Source: Candidatus Altimarinota bacterium
GTDB taxonomy: Bacteria; Patescibacteriota; Gracilibacteria; JBDHUY01
DNA length: 63,010 bases
Direction: 5' to 3'
Assembly: GCA_039809385.1 (NCBI GenBank)
Contig: JBDHUY010000013.1
Coordinates: 1 to 63,010 of the forward strand
Shown here piece by piece: positions 8,787-18,381 of the stretch (the first letter of the stretch is position 1; each line of letters opens with the position of its first letter). Below the pieces are notes generated by a model that had not been told where the DNA came from, searched no databases, and was given only the letters and a program-made list of their open reading frames with translations. Both the position numbers and the translations under genes were made by a program.

Positions 8787-10106
8787 CTATTTGATAAAGC
8801 TCTTTCCGTCAAAATTGATCGTATCTTCGCCGCCATATTGAAAGAACGTATGTCGGGCCGAAAATCCGCTGTCATAGACAAGATCAATGGCATAGTTGGC
8901 TATTTTATACGTTCCCGAGGCTTCGCCATTCAGACTGCCATAGCCTCCGGCATAGGGTCCGTCGGTAGTGAAACCGCTGAAATTAGTCGTGGAAAAGGTA
9001 CCGTCGCTGCGAAACGTAATTTGCTGTTCGCTGCCGATACCGGTACTGCCGGTCACGACATAGTTACTGCGATGCCACGTTCCGTTTAGCGTAAGGCTGC
9101 CGGCCCCGCCGGCTTTGAACAGGGTGATGTTGCCGTTCAACTTGATTCCGCCGTTATTGAGAGAATAAGTATTCGAGGTTCCGTCGGGGAAGGTGACGGA
9201 TATTTGATTGCCGGAAACACTGTACGAACCGCAAGTATTCGTATCGCAATATCCCTGCACGTTGCCGTCTGAGGGCAGCGAGTTATACATTTTCCCGTTG
9301 CTTAAGAAAACCCAGTTGTATTGGATAAGACGATTTACATAAGAACCTCCTCCTGGTTGAGAATAATTGGGTTGAAATTGCAGTTTCGATTCGACACCCG
9401 CGTAAATACCGGCAAAGCCTTTCTGGTCGAACGGCGTGATACTCGAGAGCGAAGCAGAGCCGGAAGAAGATCCGGCGGTAGAAGAAGCGTTCAATTCAGC
9501 ATAGGTACGCGAATCTTTGGTCGTGACTCCGGCGATAATACGATACATGACTTCGGCTACCTCGCCGCGCGTGACCTTTTGATCAAAGGCATTAACAGTT
9601 GTAGGGATAGCACGGAGCTGCTCCAGAACGAGCGTATATGCCTGATACCACGGATCGGTAGCGGGAAGATCGATCGTGGCGTCAGATGCCTGAGCCGTGG
9701 CTACGATAATTTTGGCCATCTCGACAAAAGTGATCGGATTGGCAGGCTTGAAAGTGCCATCGGGGTATCCCTTGATAATATTTTTGGCGCGGGCGAAACA
9801 AACGTACGGAGAGAACCAGTCGGAATCTTTTACATCCGGAAAATCTCGGCAGGAAAATCCGTCGGCCTGACCGGGCAGTTCGGCTTCGACCATGATCTTG
9901 GTAAATTCGGCCCGATTGATGATTCGTCCGGGACCGAAGGTACCGTCGGGATACCCTTTTACGATCCCCTGCTCCTGCACAAAGTTAATCGCATCGTTAT
10001 TGGGATGAGAAGACGGGACATCCGGGAAAGCGGCATAAACACTCGAAGGAATAATGGCGAACAACAACAAAATGACAAGAATAGATTGCCATAGTTTTTG
10101 TTTCAT
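8787..10106 (-). CDS. Secreted SLH-domain protein with C-terminal duplicated beta-rich (lipocalin-like) domain
   Basis: Likely start MKQKLWQ at 10106 with a signal peptide; FPDVPSSHP..GYPDGTFGPGRIINRAE and GYPDGTFKPANPIT SLH repeats. Confidence 0.85.
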   Translation of the reverse strand: MKQKLWQSILVILLLFAIIPSSVYAAFPDVPSSHPNNDAINFVQEQGIVKGYPDGTFGPGRIINRAEFTKIMVEAELPGQADGFSCRDFPDVKDSDWFSPYVCFARAKNIIKGYPDGTFKPANPITFVEMAKIIVATAQASDATIDLPATDPWYQAYTLVLEQLRAIPTTVNAFDQKVTRGEVAEVMYRIIAGVTTKDSRTYAELNASSTAGSSSGSASLSSITPFDQKGFAGIYAGVESKLQFQPNYSQPGGGSYVNRLIQYNWVFLSNGKMYNSLPSDGNVQGYCDTNTCGSYSVSGNQISVTFPDGTSNTYSLNNGGIKLNGNITLFKAGGAGSLTLNGTWHRSNYVVTGSTGIGSEQQITFRSDGTFSTTNFSGFTTDGPYAGGYGSLNGEASGTYKIANYAIDLVYDSGFSARHTFFQYGGEDTINFDGKSFIK

Positions 10107-10200
10107 ACGGAAAACATCAAAGAATAATAGGATTTGTCTAGATGACAAAACACAGTAACTGTATCGAAACGATCCTCGAAAGTAAAGCCAAGAACCGTTT

Positions 10201-10788
10201 TTATGAAAAAGGAAATTTGAGCTTTTCAATAGCTTGTTTGGTGCGATTAGTCAATTCCTTCACCGTATCGGCGCGGCAGATGATTTGTAACATTCCTTGA
10301 TGCGAGATAAGAGAAAGTCCTGATATATCGCTTGATTGTACAATATTTCCCACACGGCCTATCAAACTTTGCAACTCTTGGTCGGACAATGCGGATGGGA
10401 TAGGCAGGTTTACCGCCCATTGCAACGGAGTAAAAGACTTATCCATATTATCCAGCCTATTAGGTCCGCCTACAACTCCGCTTATGGTAGCTAAGAACTC
10501 TTCAATCCATGTAGCATATTTTTCCAGTAAAGCATGCGCGTTTTGTACACCTTGAAATCGTTGAAAAGTGAAGCGGTATGAGAATTTTCCGGAAGAATCC
10601 TGGACTGTATTATACGATTGGAGATTCTTAAAAGCAGTTACCAGGTCGTTTAACCGGCTGGGATCCGGCAGAAATTCGATGGGGAAATGTACTTCCGGTC
10701 CGGGGATATGCTGAATATACTCGGGAGTCTCTCCTGTTTCGGGAGGTTTATCCCCACCGCCGCCCTGGAATACTTTGAAATTTGCCAT
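10201..10788 (-). CDS. Hypothetical protein
   Basis: 195-aa ORF filling the intergenic space, no recognisable motif. Confidence 0.65.
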   Translation of the reverse strand: MANFKVFQGGGGDKPPETGETPEYIQHIPGPEVHFPIEFLPDPSRLNDLVTAFKNLQSYNTVQDSSGKFSYRFTFQRFQGVQNAHALLEKYATWIEEFLATISGVVGGPNRLDNMDKSFTPLQWAVNLPIPSALSDQELQSLIGRVGNIVQSSDISGLSLISHQGMLQIICRADTVKELTNRTKQAIEKLKFPFS

Positions 10789-10848
10789 ATGCGCGCCAAT
10801 TGAGTATAATGAACAGATACTATTATTTTATTCTTCCACCCATAATCT

Positions 10849-11463
10849 ATGAAAAACGCTGCCCCAAGTAGTCATATTACATTAAACAGCGCGCCAGTCA
10901 AGCTAAGCGATCAGGTTGTGAATGCTCTTGAAAAACTGGGGTTACAACCCGATGATATCAGCATGAAGGGAAAGAGGATGGAGGAGCAACGGGAGGTAGC
11001 AGACAGTATAAAAAAAATCATCGAGATTATGTGGGAAGAAGGGCTGCGTCCAATTGTGACTTTGAGTCATGAAGCGCAGGAATACCTGACCAATCCACAG
11101 AATACAGGCACAAGTGTAGATACAAAAACATTGACTCAGAGTATAAGACCCGTGAGTTTTGACAAAGGAAATACCTGGATACACGGACCTGGAACGACTC
11201 AAGTCGCTATCAATGACTTTGTCATTATGTTACAAGATCCGCGTACGGCAAACGGGAACCCAGATGCGTATGTTCTAGACTTCTCGAAAGAGTCGTTTCA
11301 ACCATTTTTGGTGGGACAACAATTTACCGGACGACTGGAATTAAAAAACAGCGAGGTCGATATCAAAAAGTTTATCCCCGCAGCGGAATTTAAGCTTCCT
11401 GCAGAAAAAACACGAGAGATTTCAGGCGATACTAAACAAAGAGCATTACGTTTAGTACAATGA
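10849..11463 (+). CDS. Hypothetical protein
   Basis: 204-aa ORF divergent from 10201-10788. Confidence 0.65.
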   Translation: MKNAAPSSHITLNSAPVKLSDQVVNALEKLGLQPDDISMKGKRMEEQREVADSIKKIIEIMWEEGLRPIVTLSHEAQEYLTNPQNTGTSVDTKTLTQSIRPVSFDKGNTWIHGPGTTQVAINDFVIMLQDPRTANGNPDAYVLDFSKESFQPFLVGQQFTGRLELKNSEVDIKKFIPAAEFKLPAEKTREISGDTKQRALRLVQ

Positions 11464-11564
11464 TCATAAGAAGTAGGTCCTGCCTCAAGAAGCTGGTATG
11501 TCCTTCCCACGAAAGTGTGAATCTGCTACAGATTAACAATGGAATTGAGAAAGATCAAAAAACA

Positions 11565-11594
11565 AAGAAAAGAGCTTTCAAAAGCTCTTTTCTT
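11565..11594. terminator. Bidirectional intrinsic terminator
   Basis: AAGAAAAGAGCTTT-CA-AAAGCTCTTTTCTT perfect inverted repeat between convergent genes. Confidence 0.75.
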
Positions 11595-11621
11595 GAATAT
11601 ATCTCTGGAATACGACAGGAT

Positions 11622-12611
11622 CTATTCTTGGACAATGAAACTTCCTTTCATTCCCATGGCTCGATGACTACCCACCGAGCAGTAAAATTCGAAGGTGCCG
11701 ACTTTATCCGCGACAAACTGGACGGTTTCTTCCTGGCCGGTACTGATCTGCTTGGTAGCGACGTTCAATTCGTCGATGACCAAATCATGGAATCCTCCCA
11801 CGTTTTTGAAGGTTATTTTTACGGTATCGCCTTTTTTAACAGTAATGGTGGAAGGTGAAAAACTGTGATTCTGGCCCGATACGGTAAATTCTTTGACCGC
11901 TGCGGGAGCAGTCGCATTGGTGTTGGTATTCATCACCGGTGCATTAGCATTCCCATTGGAAACCGTGGCTGCATTCATATTTTTATTCGTCGAAGAATTG
12001 ACGGGAATACCGGCAAGTTCTTCGTAGGTTTTGGAAGGTTTGCTAGTAATATCCTGGTGAAGTCGGTAGGTCATTTCGGCCATCTCGCCGCGGTTGATCA
12101 GCTGGTCTAATTTGTTGATGGAGGGGGCAATTGCGTTTACTTTGGCCAGGTTCTGGACATAGACTTTATACCAAGGGTCGGTGGCTGGGGTGGCAGAAAA
12201 TCCTTTGAGATTGGAGAGTACCTTGGCGGCCTCGACAAAACTGATATTCTGGGCCGGTTTGAAGGTTCCATCCGGGTAACCGTTTATAATGTTATTTTCC
12301 AGAGCATAGCAGACGTAGGTGAGAAACCAGTCGCCGCTCTTTGCATCCGGGAATTTGGTACAGGTTTTTCCATTGGCTTTGCCTGGGGCAAAGGCCTCGA
12401 GGGTGATTTTGAGAAATTCGGCGCGGTTGAGTAATTTTTCAGGCTGGAAGGTACCATCACTATAGCCTTTGATGATCCCTTTATTTTGTAAAAAGTTGAT
12501 GGCTTCGTAGTACGGATGGGTCGAGGGCACGTCGGGAAATGTCGCGCTCGCCACCAGCGGCAACACCAAAAGTCCTGCCAGAAAAACGGCTAACCGTTTG
12601 GAGAGTTTCAT
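11622..12611 (-). CDS. SLH-domain protein with C-terminal cupredoxin (type 1 copper) domain
   Basis: SLH repeats (GYSDGTFQPEKLLNRAE); C-terminal FHDLVID...FEFYCSVGSHRAMGMKG provides H/C/H/M copper ligands. Confidence 0.88.
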   Translation of the reverse strand: MKLSKRLAVFLAGLLVLPLVASATFPDVPSTHPYYEAINFLQNKGIIKGYSDGTFQPEKLLNRAEFLKITLEAFAPGKANGKTCTKFPDAKSGDWFLTYVCYALENNIINGYPDGTFKPAQNISFVEAAKVLSNLKGFSATPATDPWYKVYVQNLAKVNAIAPSINKLDQLINRGEMAEMTYRLHQDITSKPSKTYEELAGIPVNSSTNKNMNAATVSNGNANAPVMNTNTNATAPAAVKEFTVSGQNHSFSPSTITVKKGDTVKITFKNVGGFHDLVIDELNVATKQISTGQEETVQFVADKVGTFEFYCSVGSHRAMGMKGSFIVQE

Positions 12612-12695
12612 AAAGGAAAACTGTAAAAAAATAAACTGCGCTTATTGTACGCGGAAAAAAGTCTCGAATCAATTATTTAGAGAGATATGGGAAAG

Positions 12696-12720
12696 AGGCC
12701 AGTTCACGTGAAACTGGCCT
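12696..12720 (-). terminator. Hairpin, probable terminator of the AT-rich orphan
   Basis: AGGCCAGTT...AACTGGCCT. Confidence 0.55.
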
Positions 12721-12747
12721 TTGGGATCTTAATGAGAGGATATGCAT

Positions 12748-13125
12748 TTATTCGCTGAAATGTTCAAAAATCAACTCTTCTGTATAATCTATAGAATCAA
12801 AGGATAGGCTTAGCTTTATTGAATCACTTAGAATAATTTGTTCAATACTTTTACCTTCCTGAATATCATTATAAATACAACTATTATTTGCGGATAAATT
12901 AATTTGAAGAGTTTCAATATTTTTAACCGCTGTTATGAACAAAGTATAGAGTTCGTTACGTCTTACCATATAGGTATTCGCAACTTTTTCTACTTTAATA
13001 CCAAATGAATCTTGAACTTCGACTATATAATAGTCTTTTCGATAAAATCCACCTGACATTTTGATGCCGCCAAATAAAGAGTTGAATATATTCTCTACTG
13101 TAACAATAATGTTAGAAAGTGACAT
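12748..13125 (-). CDS. AT-rich hypothetical protein
   Basis: ORF with likely start MSLSNII at 13125 preceded by GGAG; markedly AT-rich. Confidence 0.55.
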   Translation of the reverse strand: MSLSNIIVTVENIFNSLFGGIKMSGGFYRKDYYIVEVQDSFGIKVEKVANTYMVRRNELYTLFITAVKNIETLQINLSANNSCIYNDIQEGKSIEQIILSDSIKLSLSFDSIDYTEELIFEHFSE

Positions 13126-13414
13126 TTTGAATTCTCCATAAAAATATTTGATACCTCTCATGAAGAGGTCGTCATGGCAAAGTCGGTTACCAGAGAACAA
13201 TCTCGATAACGGATCATTGTAACGACGTAACTCTCCACGAGATCCATATTGTCAAAGAACATTGACGGTAAAAACCGCAAGTGAAGGAATTCTATACAAG
13301 AATAAAAAAATGTAAAACAAATATTACATTTCGTGATAAAAATCACCAAAAGAAGCAAGTACTATTCTCATAAATGAAGAGCCTATAGGTAAAGTATGCG
13401 TAGTGTCCACTTCA

Positions 13415-13576
13415 CCGTCATGCTGGCTCCGCCCAGCATCCGGATACGCATGGAGCTTGTTTAAAACGCACATTGAAACTTAATTCCATGTAATGCGATC
13501 ATAGGTAATAAAGTAAACACCTATCCCCGGATTCCGGGCAAGAGCCGAAGGCCCCTTTTCAAGGCCGGAATGACGG
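13415..13576. repeat. REP/MITE-like palindromic element (GTCAT...ATGAC family)
   Basis: Terminal inverted CCGTCAT...ATGACGG with internal hairpins. Confidence 0.6.
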
Positions 13577-13675
13577 ATAATACGCCCTGAAGACTTTTTG
13601 GACACTTGCTATAAAACGATGAGAACTCAAATTTGAGTGCAAAAGAATGAAATGCCAGCTTTTCTTATCAGAACA

Positions 13676-14389
13676 TTATCCCAAAAGTAACAGTGTCGCA
13701 GCAGCCACACTCGCCGTCTCGGCCCGCAACACCGTATCCCCCAGCCTAACGATCGGAATCCCTGCATTCTTCGCAAAATCCAGTTCCTCCGCACTCCACC
13801 CCCCTTCGGGACCGATAAACAGTGAAGCAGCACTCCCCTTTTCAATAGTTTTACGAAAGTCCCCAAAAGGAATTCCGCTTCCATCCAACACCGCAACCCG
13901 GCCTTTCACCGTAGGGAGAATTTTCAAAAAGCTAGCCGGTTCGTACAAAATCGGCAGCGTAGTTCTGCCCGACTGCTCGGCCGCCTCCCGAATAATCGCG
14001 CTGCAACGTTCAACGTTGACCTTCCCTTGATATTGAGTACGTTCGCTGAGAACAGGGATAAATGTATTCACTCCCATTTCCGTCCCCTTCTGCAAGACCC
14101 ACTCGAACTTGTCAAAAGGTTTCAATAAACACGGATACAGTATAAGATCGTACAAGGGTTTCGTGGTAATTTGTTCCTTCGATTCGCCCCAGACAACGAT
14201 TTTTTTGGAAGATACCGACCGAATCACCACGCTATATTGATCCCCGCTGTTATCCAAAAGAATAAGCCGATCCCCCGTCTGAGCACGCATAACCCGCTGA
14301 ATCTGATGGCACAGTGAGGGATCGTTCAGTTCTATTTCTTTATGAAGCTGGAGCTTTTCGGAGACAAAAAAACGTTGTTGGGTACGCAT
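13676..14389 (-). CDS. rsmE: 16S rRNA m3U1498 methyltransferase
   Basis: QKGTEMGV, REAAEQSGR, FIGPEGGWS, LGDTVLRAETA. Confidence 0.95.
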   Translation of the reverse strand: MRTQQRFFVSEKLQLHKEIELNDPSLCHQIQRVMRAQTGDRLILLDNSGDQYSVVIRSVSSKKIVVWGESKEQITTKPLYDLILYPCLLKPFDKFEWVLQKGTEMGVNTFIPVLSERTQYQGKVNVERCSAIIREAAEQSGRTTLPILYEPASFLKILPTVKGRVAVLDGSGIPFGDFRKTIEKGSAASLFIGPEGGWSAEELDFAKNAGIPIVRLGDTVLRAETASVAAATLLLLG

Positions 14390-14627
14390 GGAAAAAGGCA
14401 GAGAGTATTACGTATCTAGTATTATGTATAAAGTATAAAGCACATCAAATCTTGTGATATCAATCTTATTGGTTATTAAGGAAGGTCAAAAAATCTTTTG
14501 GTTGGTCATTCCCACCGCTGTCATTCCCACGGAAGTGGGAATCTCATGTACGAGAACGAACAACCTTGTCTGTTCATCGCTTCTTGTGCTAGGATAAACA
14601 GATGGCTTTATTTTACAAGATTTTACT

Positions 14628-15200
14628 ATGGACTACTACCTTCTGCGCGCACTGATCGATCTCGTATTTGCAGTATTAATATTCGTGATGTGTCTCTACA
14701 TATTTCTGATTGCGCATTCCCTGGGAGCGTGGGAATTACCTTATGTTCCTACCAGCTGGGACGCGAGACGAAAACTCAAAGAGATTCTCAAAAAGATTCC
14801 TCTTACCAAAGATACTCGGGTGCTGGATCTGGGATCCGGACTGGGGCGCATGGTGATATTCTTTGCACGCTATCCGGTACAGATAACCGGCATCGAGCTA
14901 AAAAAGTTACTACACATTCTTGCACGAATACGCATGTGGTTTCATCCATTTAAACAAGGAAAAATAATCCTGCTTCAGGGGGACTTTTTCCAGCATGATT
15001 TGAGCAAGTACGATATAATTTATTGTTTTCATATCACCAAAGTCGCTGAACGCATGGCTCCCAAAATGGCCCGCGAAATGAAGAAAGGTGCCATCGTCAT
15101 TAGCAACACCTTTTATTATCCGCTCTCTCCCGATCATTTTAGTGAAGAAAAAATCCAGTTCGCTAAAAAACATTTCATGTACGTGTATACGAAAAAATAA
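14628..15200 (+). CDS. Membrane-anchored class I SAM-dependent methyltransferase
   Basis: N-terminal TM, PYVPT, VLDLGSGLGR, GIEL, GDFF. Confidence 0.85.
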   Translation: MDYYLLRALIDLVFAVLIFVMCLYIFLIAHSLGAWELPYVPTSWDARRKLKEILKKIPLTKDTRVLDLGSGLGRMVIFFARYPVQITGIELKKLLHILARIRMWFHPFKQGKIILLQGDFFQHDLSKYDIIYCFHITKVAERMAPKMAREMKKGAIVISNTFYYPLSPDHFSEEKIQFAKKHFMYVYTKK

Positions 15201-15259
15201 GACGGAAGAATTTCACGTCTCATCTTCTCCGAGCATGAAAGGAATCCTACTACATAAAG

Positions 15260-15400
15260 AGTCAAAATACCAAAGTTCAAAAGAATATCAAAATCCAAAT
15301 CTCAAAATGGTGAAACATAGGCATGAATCTTGTTGAACCTTACATTGGAACTTGGTCTGATATTTGTCCGCCGCGGCGGATTGTCATTTGATATTTTTTT
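15260..15400. repeat. Heptamer-periodic inverted intergenic repeat (AAATATCAAAGTTCAAA / TTTGATATT family)
   Basis: Related copies at about 19540-19670, 20885-21020, 42848-42990, 46140-46300 and 57705-57880. Confidence 0.65.
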
Positions 15401-15514
15401 CTATACTCTGACACACTGTATACTATTCAGAGTACTGTTCCATTTTCTGCTTTATAAATTTTACAGACCCCAACCGGGGCCCTTCGGGCTTTATACCTTT
15501 AAAACTTTCTTGGT

Positions 15515-16675
15515 ATGTTCGACTTCACGATCACCGCGAAAAAAGGTGCTATGCGCACCGGCACATTCACCACTCCGCACGGGATTATCCAGACACCGGT
15601 ATTCATGCCCGTGGGAACTAAGGCTACGGTTAAAGGATTGAAGCCCGAGGATCTGGTCGATCTCGGTTCTCAGATCATTCTGGCCAATACCTACCATTTG
15701 TATTTACGCCCCGGCCATGAGCTTATCCGGGAGATGGGAGGACTTCACAGCTTTATGAACTGGAAAGAGCCGATCCTGACCGACTCGGGCGGATTTCAGG
15801 TATTTTCGCTGGGAGCCGATTTTGACGACAGAGAGGCTCTTCCCAAAAATCAGGAGAAGCAGAAAAACATGGTCAAGATTCAGGAAGACGGCGTCGAATT
15901 TAAATCGATTCTGGATGGCAGTAGTCATTTCTTTACACCCGAGAAAGTCATGGAGATTGAGCATGCGCTGGGAGCCGATATTATCATGGCGTTTGATGAA
16001 TGCGCCGCCGCCGGGGTAGATCATCATTATGCCCGTGCAGCCATGGAACGCACCCATCGTTGGGCCGTACGCTGTCTTACGAAACACAACGAACTATCCA
16101 AAGAACAGCCCATGCCCCAAGCGCTGTTTCCGATCATCCAGGGAGGCATGTTCCCGGATTTACGTCAGGTGTCCGCACAGTTTATCTCGGACCTGGAAGT
16201 ACCCGGTATCGCTATCGGAGGCCTGGCGATTGGCGAATCGCGCGAAATTACCTGGGCCATGGTCGACGCGGTGATGCCGTTCATCCCGAAAAATAAACCG
16301 CGCTACATGATGGGCATCGGTACCCCCGAAGATATTACCGAAGCCGTGAAACGCGGAATCGACATGTTCGACTGTGTCCTCCCTACCCGCCTGGGACGCC
16401 ACGGCGCCGCATTCACAAAAGATCAGGGCACTATCCACATTTCCAATGAGGAAAACAAATTCTCAAAAGAGTCTCTCGATACCTGGTGCAAATGCTACGT
16501 CTGTCAAAATTATACCAAGAGCTACCTCAGACACTTGATCCTGGAAAAAGAGATGCTGGGTGCGCACCTTCTCTCCTGGCACAATATTGCTTTTTTACAT
16601 CAGACGGTAGAAAAACTGAAAGAGGAAATTCAGGGAAAAGTGACTAGCGGGCAGCGATCACCGGGCAGTAAATAA
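15515..16675 (+). CDS. tgt: tRNA-guanine transglycosylase
   Basis: TPVFMPVGT, NTYHL, TDSGGFQVFSL, DMFDCVLPTR, CxCxxC...H zinc site. Confidence 0.97.
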   Translation: MFDFTITAKKGAMRTGTFTTPHGIIQTPVFMPVGTKATVKGLKPEDLVDLGSQIILANTYHLYLRPGHELIREMGGLHSFMNWKEPILTDSGGFQVFSLGADFDDREALPKNQEKQKNMVKIQEDGVEFKSILDGSSHFFTPEKVMEIEHALGADIIMAFDECAAAGVDHHYARAAMERTHRWAVRCLTKHNELSKEQPMPQALFPIIQGGMFPDLRQVSAQFISDLEVPGIAIGGLAIGESREITWAMVDAVMPFIPKNKPRYMMGIGTPEDITEAVKRGIDMFDCVLPTRLGRHGAAFTKDQGTIHISNEENKFSKESLDTWCKCYVCQNYTKSYLRHLILEKEMLGAHLLSWHNIAFLHQTVEKLKEEIQGKVTSGQRSPGSK

Positions 16676-16971
16676 AGCACTGCCCCTGGAGAAGAATAAA
16701 TTCGTATTAGCAAGAGCATGACCTCCTGACCTGCTCTTCTTTACAAAATCTACTCTTACCCTAGCGTCTTGTTCAGTGCAGGCTTTGAGAACATCCTCCC
16801 CAACTGGGAAAACTGATCCAGCACATAGAATGAGAAGTGCGATTTTTTCAACCAGATTCTAATATATTTTCAAAAAATCTACAGGATCTGCCGAAATCTA
16901 TTTCACTGGAAATCGCTCCAACAGATAACCTATATTGATCGTACTTCTATCTATTCATTCATTTTCATGGT

Positions 16972-17667
16972 ATGGATTCACTCAGTTTTTACCAGATGCA
17001 AATTATCAACATCCTGCTTTTTAAACAATCCGCGCGTTTCCGCGAGTTAAATCTGACGCATATTCCCACAGATCATTTAAACTATCATATCAAGACATTA
17101 CTCAATGAAGGTTTCGTAGAAAAAAAAGCCGACCAGCAATATTGCCTAACTGAAAAAGGCAAGCGGTATGCAGAGCGGCTGGATACCTTCAATGCAAAAA
17201 TCGAAGAGCAGCCGTCGAGCATTGTGTCGGCTATTGTTACAAAGCAAGACAAGGACAAGCTCTTATATCTAATCCATCAGCGCAAAAAACATCCATTTTA
17301 CGACCATATCGGTTTTCCGGGCGGGAAAATCAAACGGGAGGAATTTCCCTCCGAAGCTGCAATGCGGGAGTTGATAGAAGAAACGGGCATAACCGGGGAC
17401 CATACCAAACTGAGAGTAGTAAAACAGATTCAGAAAAAAGATGCCCGCACAAAAAAATTATTCTCTTCTTACAGTATTTATTATTTTACTGTAAGGTATC
17501 AGGCAGGAGAGATAAAAGATATGATCGAGGGAACAAATTTCTGGATGTCAGAAGACGATATTCGCAACGCGCCGCTCCGGCTGGAACATGATTTCAGCAT
17601 TCTTCCTCTTCTGACAGAACCGGGAATCCAATATGTCGAAGAAACACTGGAATATACGATGATATAA
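16972..17667 (+). CDS. Winged-HTH + NUDIX hydrolase fusion
   Basis: LNYHIKTLLNEGFVEK..YCLTEKG (wHTH); GGKIKREEFPSEAAMRELIEETG (Nudix box). Confidence 0.85.
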   Translation: MDSLSFYQMQIINILLFKQSARFRELNLTHIPTDHLNYHIKTLLNEGFVEKKADQQYCLTEKGKRYAERLDTFNAKIEEQPSSIVSAIVTKQDKDKLLYLIHQRKKHPFYDHIGFPGGKIKREEFPSEAAMRELIEETGITGDHTKLRVVKQIQKKDARTKKLFSSYSIYYFTVRYQAGEIKDMIEGTNFWMSEDDIRNAPLRLEHDFSILPLLTEPGIQYVEETLEYTMI

Positions 17668-17747
17668 AAACCACTCACTGCAGAGCAGTTTTTGGAAAAC
17701 CTACTCCCGTAATGAATCAACACTCTGAGATTATCTTTTTTGAAAGC

Positions 17748-18344
17748 CTAAGCATCCTGTTCCTTCTTCTTGTTTTTGGCAAAGGACTCCCCTTCCGTTT
17801 CCTCCTGCATCAGACGTTTTTTATTATACGCTTTTAACCGCTCATTCTGCGGTTCCTTGGTAATTTTCTCCATGATATCCACGCACAACTTACCGTTCAG
17901 ATGATCGGTTTCGTGCTGGATGATACGAGCGTTCAGTCCTGACAGATCAAGAGTTTGTTGAATACCTTTTTTGTTCGTAAAACGAACCTTAAGTGAAGAA
18001 TATCTTTGTACTGAGCCAAAGACACCTGGGACGCTCAGACAGCCTTCCTCATCGGAAATAGTCTCTGTCGAAACCGAAATAATTTCCGGGTTGATCATTT
18101 CCTGAATCGAATAGGTATCGTGGGTACCATTGCGGTCGTCCGACGGTTTAAACAATTTCATCACAAATACGCGGATATTTTTTCCAATTTGCGGAGCTGC
18201 CAGTCCTACCCCGTTAGCCACATGCATCGTATCAACCATTTTGGGAAGCAGCTTGAGTAATTCTTTATCGATTTTTTCTACAGGAGCAGAAACTGCACGC
18301 AAAGTAGGATGATCGCGCCCCTGTACAATCGGCAGATCTTTCAT
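17748..18344 (-). CDS. def: Peptide deformylase
   Basis: GVGLAAPQIG, EGCLS, QHETDHLNG. Confidence 0.97.
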   Translation of the reverse strand: MKDLPIVQGRDHPTLRAVSAPVEKIDKELLKLLPKMVDTMHVANGVGLAAPQIGKNIRVFVMKLFKPSDDRNGTHDTYSIQEMINPEIISVSTETISDEEGCLSVPGVFGSVQRYSSLKVRFTNKKGIQQTLDLSGLNARIIQHETDHLNGKLCVDIMEKITKEPQNERLKAYNKKRLMQEETEGESFAKNKKKEQDA

Positions 18345-18381
18345 GGGGAGTCAGGTAAAAAGTTAGAAATTTGGCAGAATT

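Noticed and set aside
15515-16675. Tgt as a eukaryote-like queuine-salvage enzyme
   Set aside because: The pocket residues DEC and GGLAIGE look like the bacterial preQ1 type; nothing decisive is visible.
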